A stretch of 37,075 nt of DNA from contig JBDKUT010000098.1 of assembly GCA_039679545.1 (NCBI GenBank), positions 1 through 37,075 on the forward strand, in the 5' to 3' direction. A program made the translations under genes and the position numbers. Positions 35,911-37,075 of this stretch are shown here, one piece after another. Source of the stretch: Thermotogota bacterium (GTDB lineage Bacteria > Bipolaricaulota > Bipolaricaulia > UBA7950 > UBA9294). The notes under the pieces were generated by a model, which searched no databases, had not been told where the DNA came from, and saw nothing but the letters and a program-made list of their open reading frames with translations. Position 1 is the stretch's first letter; the number at the start of each line of letters is the position of its first letter.

Positions 35911-37075
35911 ATGACGACGGAACTGGGCGCGAACCGAACCAAGATCGTCTGCACGATCGGTCCCGCAACACGGGCCCCCGAGACCCTGCAAGCGCTCGTG
36001 CGGGCCGGAATGAACGTCGCTCGCGTCAACTACTCTCACGGGACGGCGGACGAGCACGCAGAAACGATCCGCCGCATCCGCCAAGTCGCTGCTTCAGAGC
36101 GCGCCGTCGTCGCCGTCCTCGCGGATCTCCAGGGGCCGAAGCTTCGTCTTGGGGACCTTGCTCGCTCCCTCGATCTCGCTGTGGGCGACCGAATCACGCT
36201 CACCAGCGATGTCGCAGCCGACGGCTCCCGCGGCCGCTTCCCTCTGCCGCATCCGGAGCTGATCGAAGGTGCCCGACCCGGGGGACGGCTCGTGTTCGGG
36301 GACGGGGAGCCCGAGGCGATCGTGCGCGAGGTCGGTCTCCACGCTCTCGTGGCCGAGATCACAGTGGCCGGGAGGCTCTCCTCTCGTCGGGGGATTGCGG
36401 CGCCGGGGACCGGAGGCTCGCTGGAGGCGCTCACGCCGAAGGATCAAGACGATGCGAGAGCGGCCGTCGCCTGCGGAGCAGATTACGTGGCCTTGTCTTT
36501 CGTCCGAGCGGGGAGCGATGTGCGCCGACTCCGAGAGCTCCTCGCGGCGCTCCCGGGCGGTGCGGGGGTCGGCATCGTCGCCAAGATCGAGAAGCCCGAG
36601 GCGATCGAGAACCTCGACGACATCCTCGAGGTCTCAGACGCCGTGATGGTGGCGCGCGGCGACCTTGGAGTCGAGATATCCCCCCAGGACGTTCCGATGC
36701 ACCAGAAGGCGATCATCCGTCAGTGCAATCGACTCGGGAAGCCAGTGATCACAGCGACACAAATGCTTCAATCGATGACCGACAGCCCGCGCCCGACGCG
36801 CGCCGAGGCGAGCGACGTCGCGAACGCTATCCTCGACGGAACGGACGCCGTCATGCTGTCCGCCGAAACGGCGACCGGCCGGTTCCCCGTTCAGGCCGCC
36901 GCGATGATGCGCGAGATTGCCATCCTTGCCGAGCGCCAGATGCCGTGGCACATCGACGACGTCGCAACCCGAAAGGCCGAGCACCCACACCCGGTCACCG
37001 ACGCGATCAGTGACGCCGCCGTGCGAATCGCCGACAAGGTTGGCGCACGGTTGATTGTGACCTCGACGTGGTCGG
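35911..37075 (+). CDS. pyk: Pyruvate kinase (runs off the window end)
   Basis: Not in the ORF track. Translated by hand: RTKIVCTIGPA, GMNVARVNYSHG, DLQGPKLR, AKIEKPEA, MVARGDLGVE, ATQMLQSM..PRPTRAEASDVANAILDGTDAVMLSAETA. Confidence 0.96.
   Translation, partial: MTTELGANRTKIVCTIGPATRAPETLQALVRAGMNVARVNYSHGTADEHAETIRRIRQVAASERAVVAVLADLQGPKLRLGDLARSLDLAVGDRITLTSDVAADGSRGRFPLPHPELIEGARPGGRLVFGDGEPEAIVREVGLHALVAEITVAGRLSSRRGIAAPGTGGSLEALTPKDQDDARAAVACGADYVALSFVRAGSDVRRLRELLAALPGGAGVGIVAKIEKPEAIENLDDILEVSDAVMVARGDLGVEISPQDVPMHQKAIIRQCNRLGKPVITATQMLQSMTDSPRPTRAEASDVANAILDGTDAVMLSAETATGRFPVQAAAMMREIAILAERQMPWHIDDVATRKAEHPHPVTDAISDAAVRIADKVGARLIVTSTWS

Overview
A GC-rich bacterial chromosome segment. 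The gene content and the DUF4384/PEGA/PKD surface proteins resemble Ca. Bipolaricaulota (inference only). From left to right it holds: (1) the 5' end of mraY, translationally coupled to a hypothetical protein with a degenerate restriction-endonuclease-like tail; (2) a four-gene ECF operon (sigma factor, membrane anti-sigma candidate with an outward CBM48-like domain, secreted helical protein, DUF4384-PEGA-4xPKD surface protein) ending at an intrinsic terminator; (3) a PKD/TolB-like lipoprotein and the divergent lnt/lgt pair; (4) a ~10.3 kb catabolic island (acetamidase/formamidase, GntR, two amidohydrolases, Dpp/Opp-type ABC genes without ATPases, FAD oxidoreductase) bracketed by two diverged 198-bp copies of the lgt 3' end; (5) a 498-bp internally deleted IS481-family element; (6) a GNAT, a Zn/Mn ABC transporter, and an OmpR-type two-component pair whose kinase is split by an in-frame TAG; (7) tldE/tldD, a secreted repeat protein, and two small genes missed by the ORF track; (8) endonuclease V, a degenerate non-specific nuclease homologue, a GNAT, an S10 carboxypeptidase, an HD protein and the 5' part of pyk. 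No rRNA, tRNA or CRISPR array was recognised.
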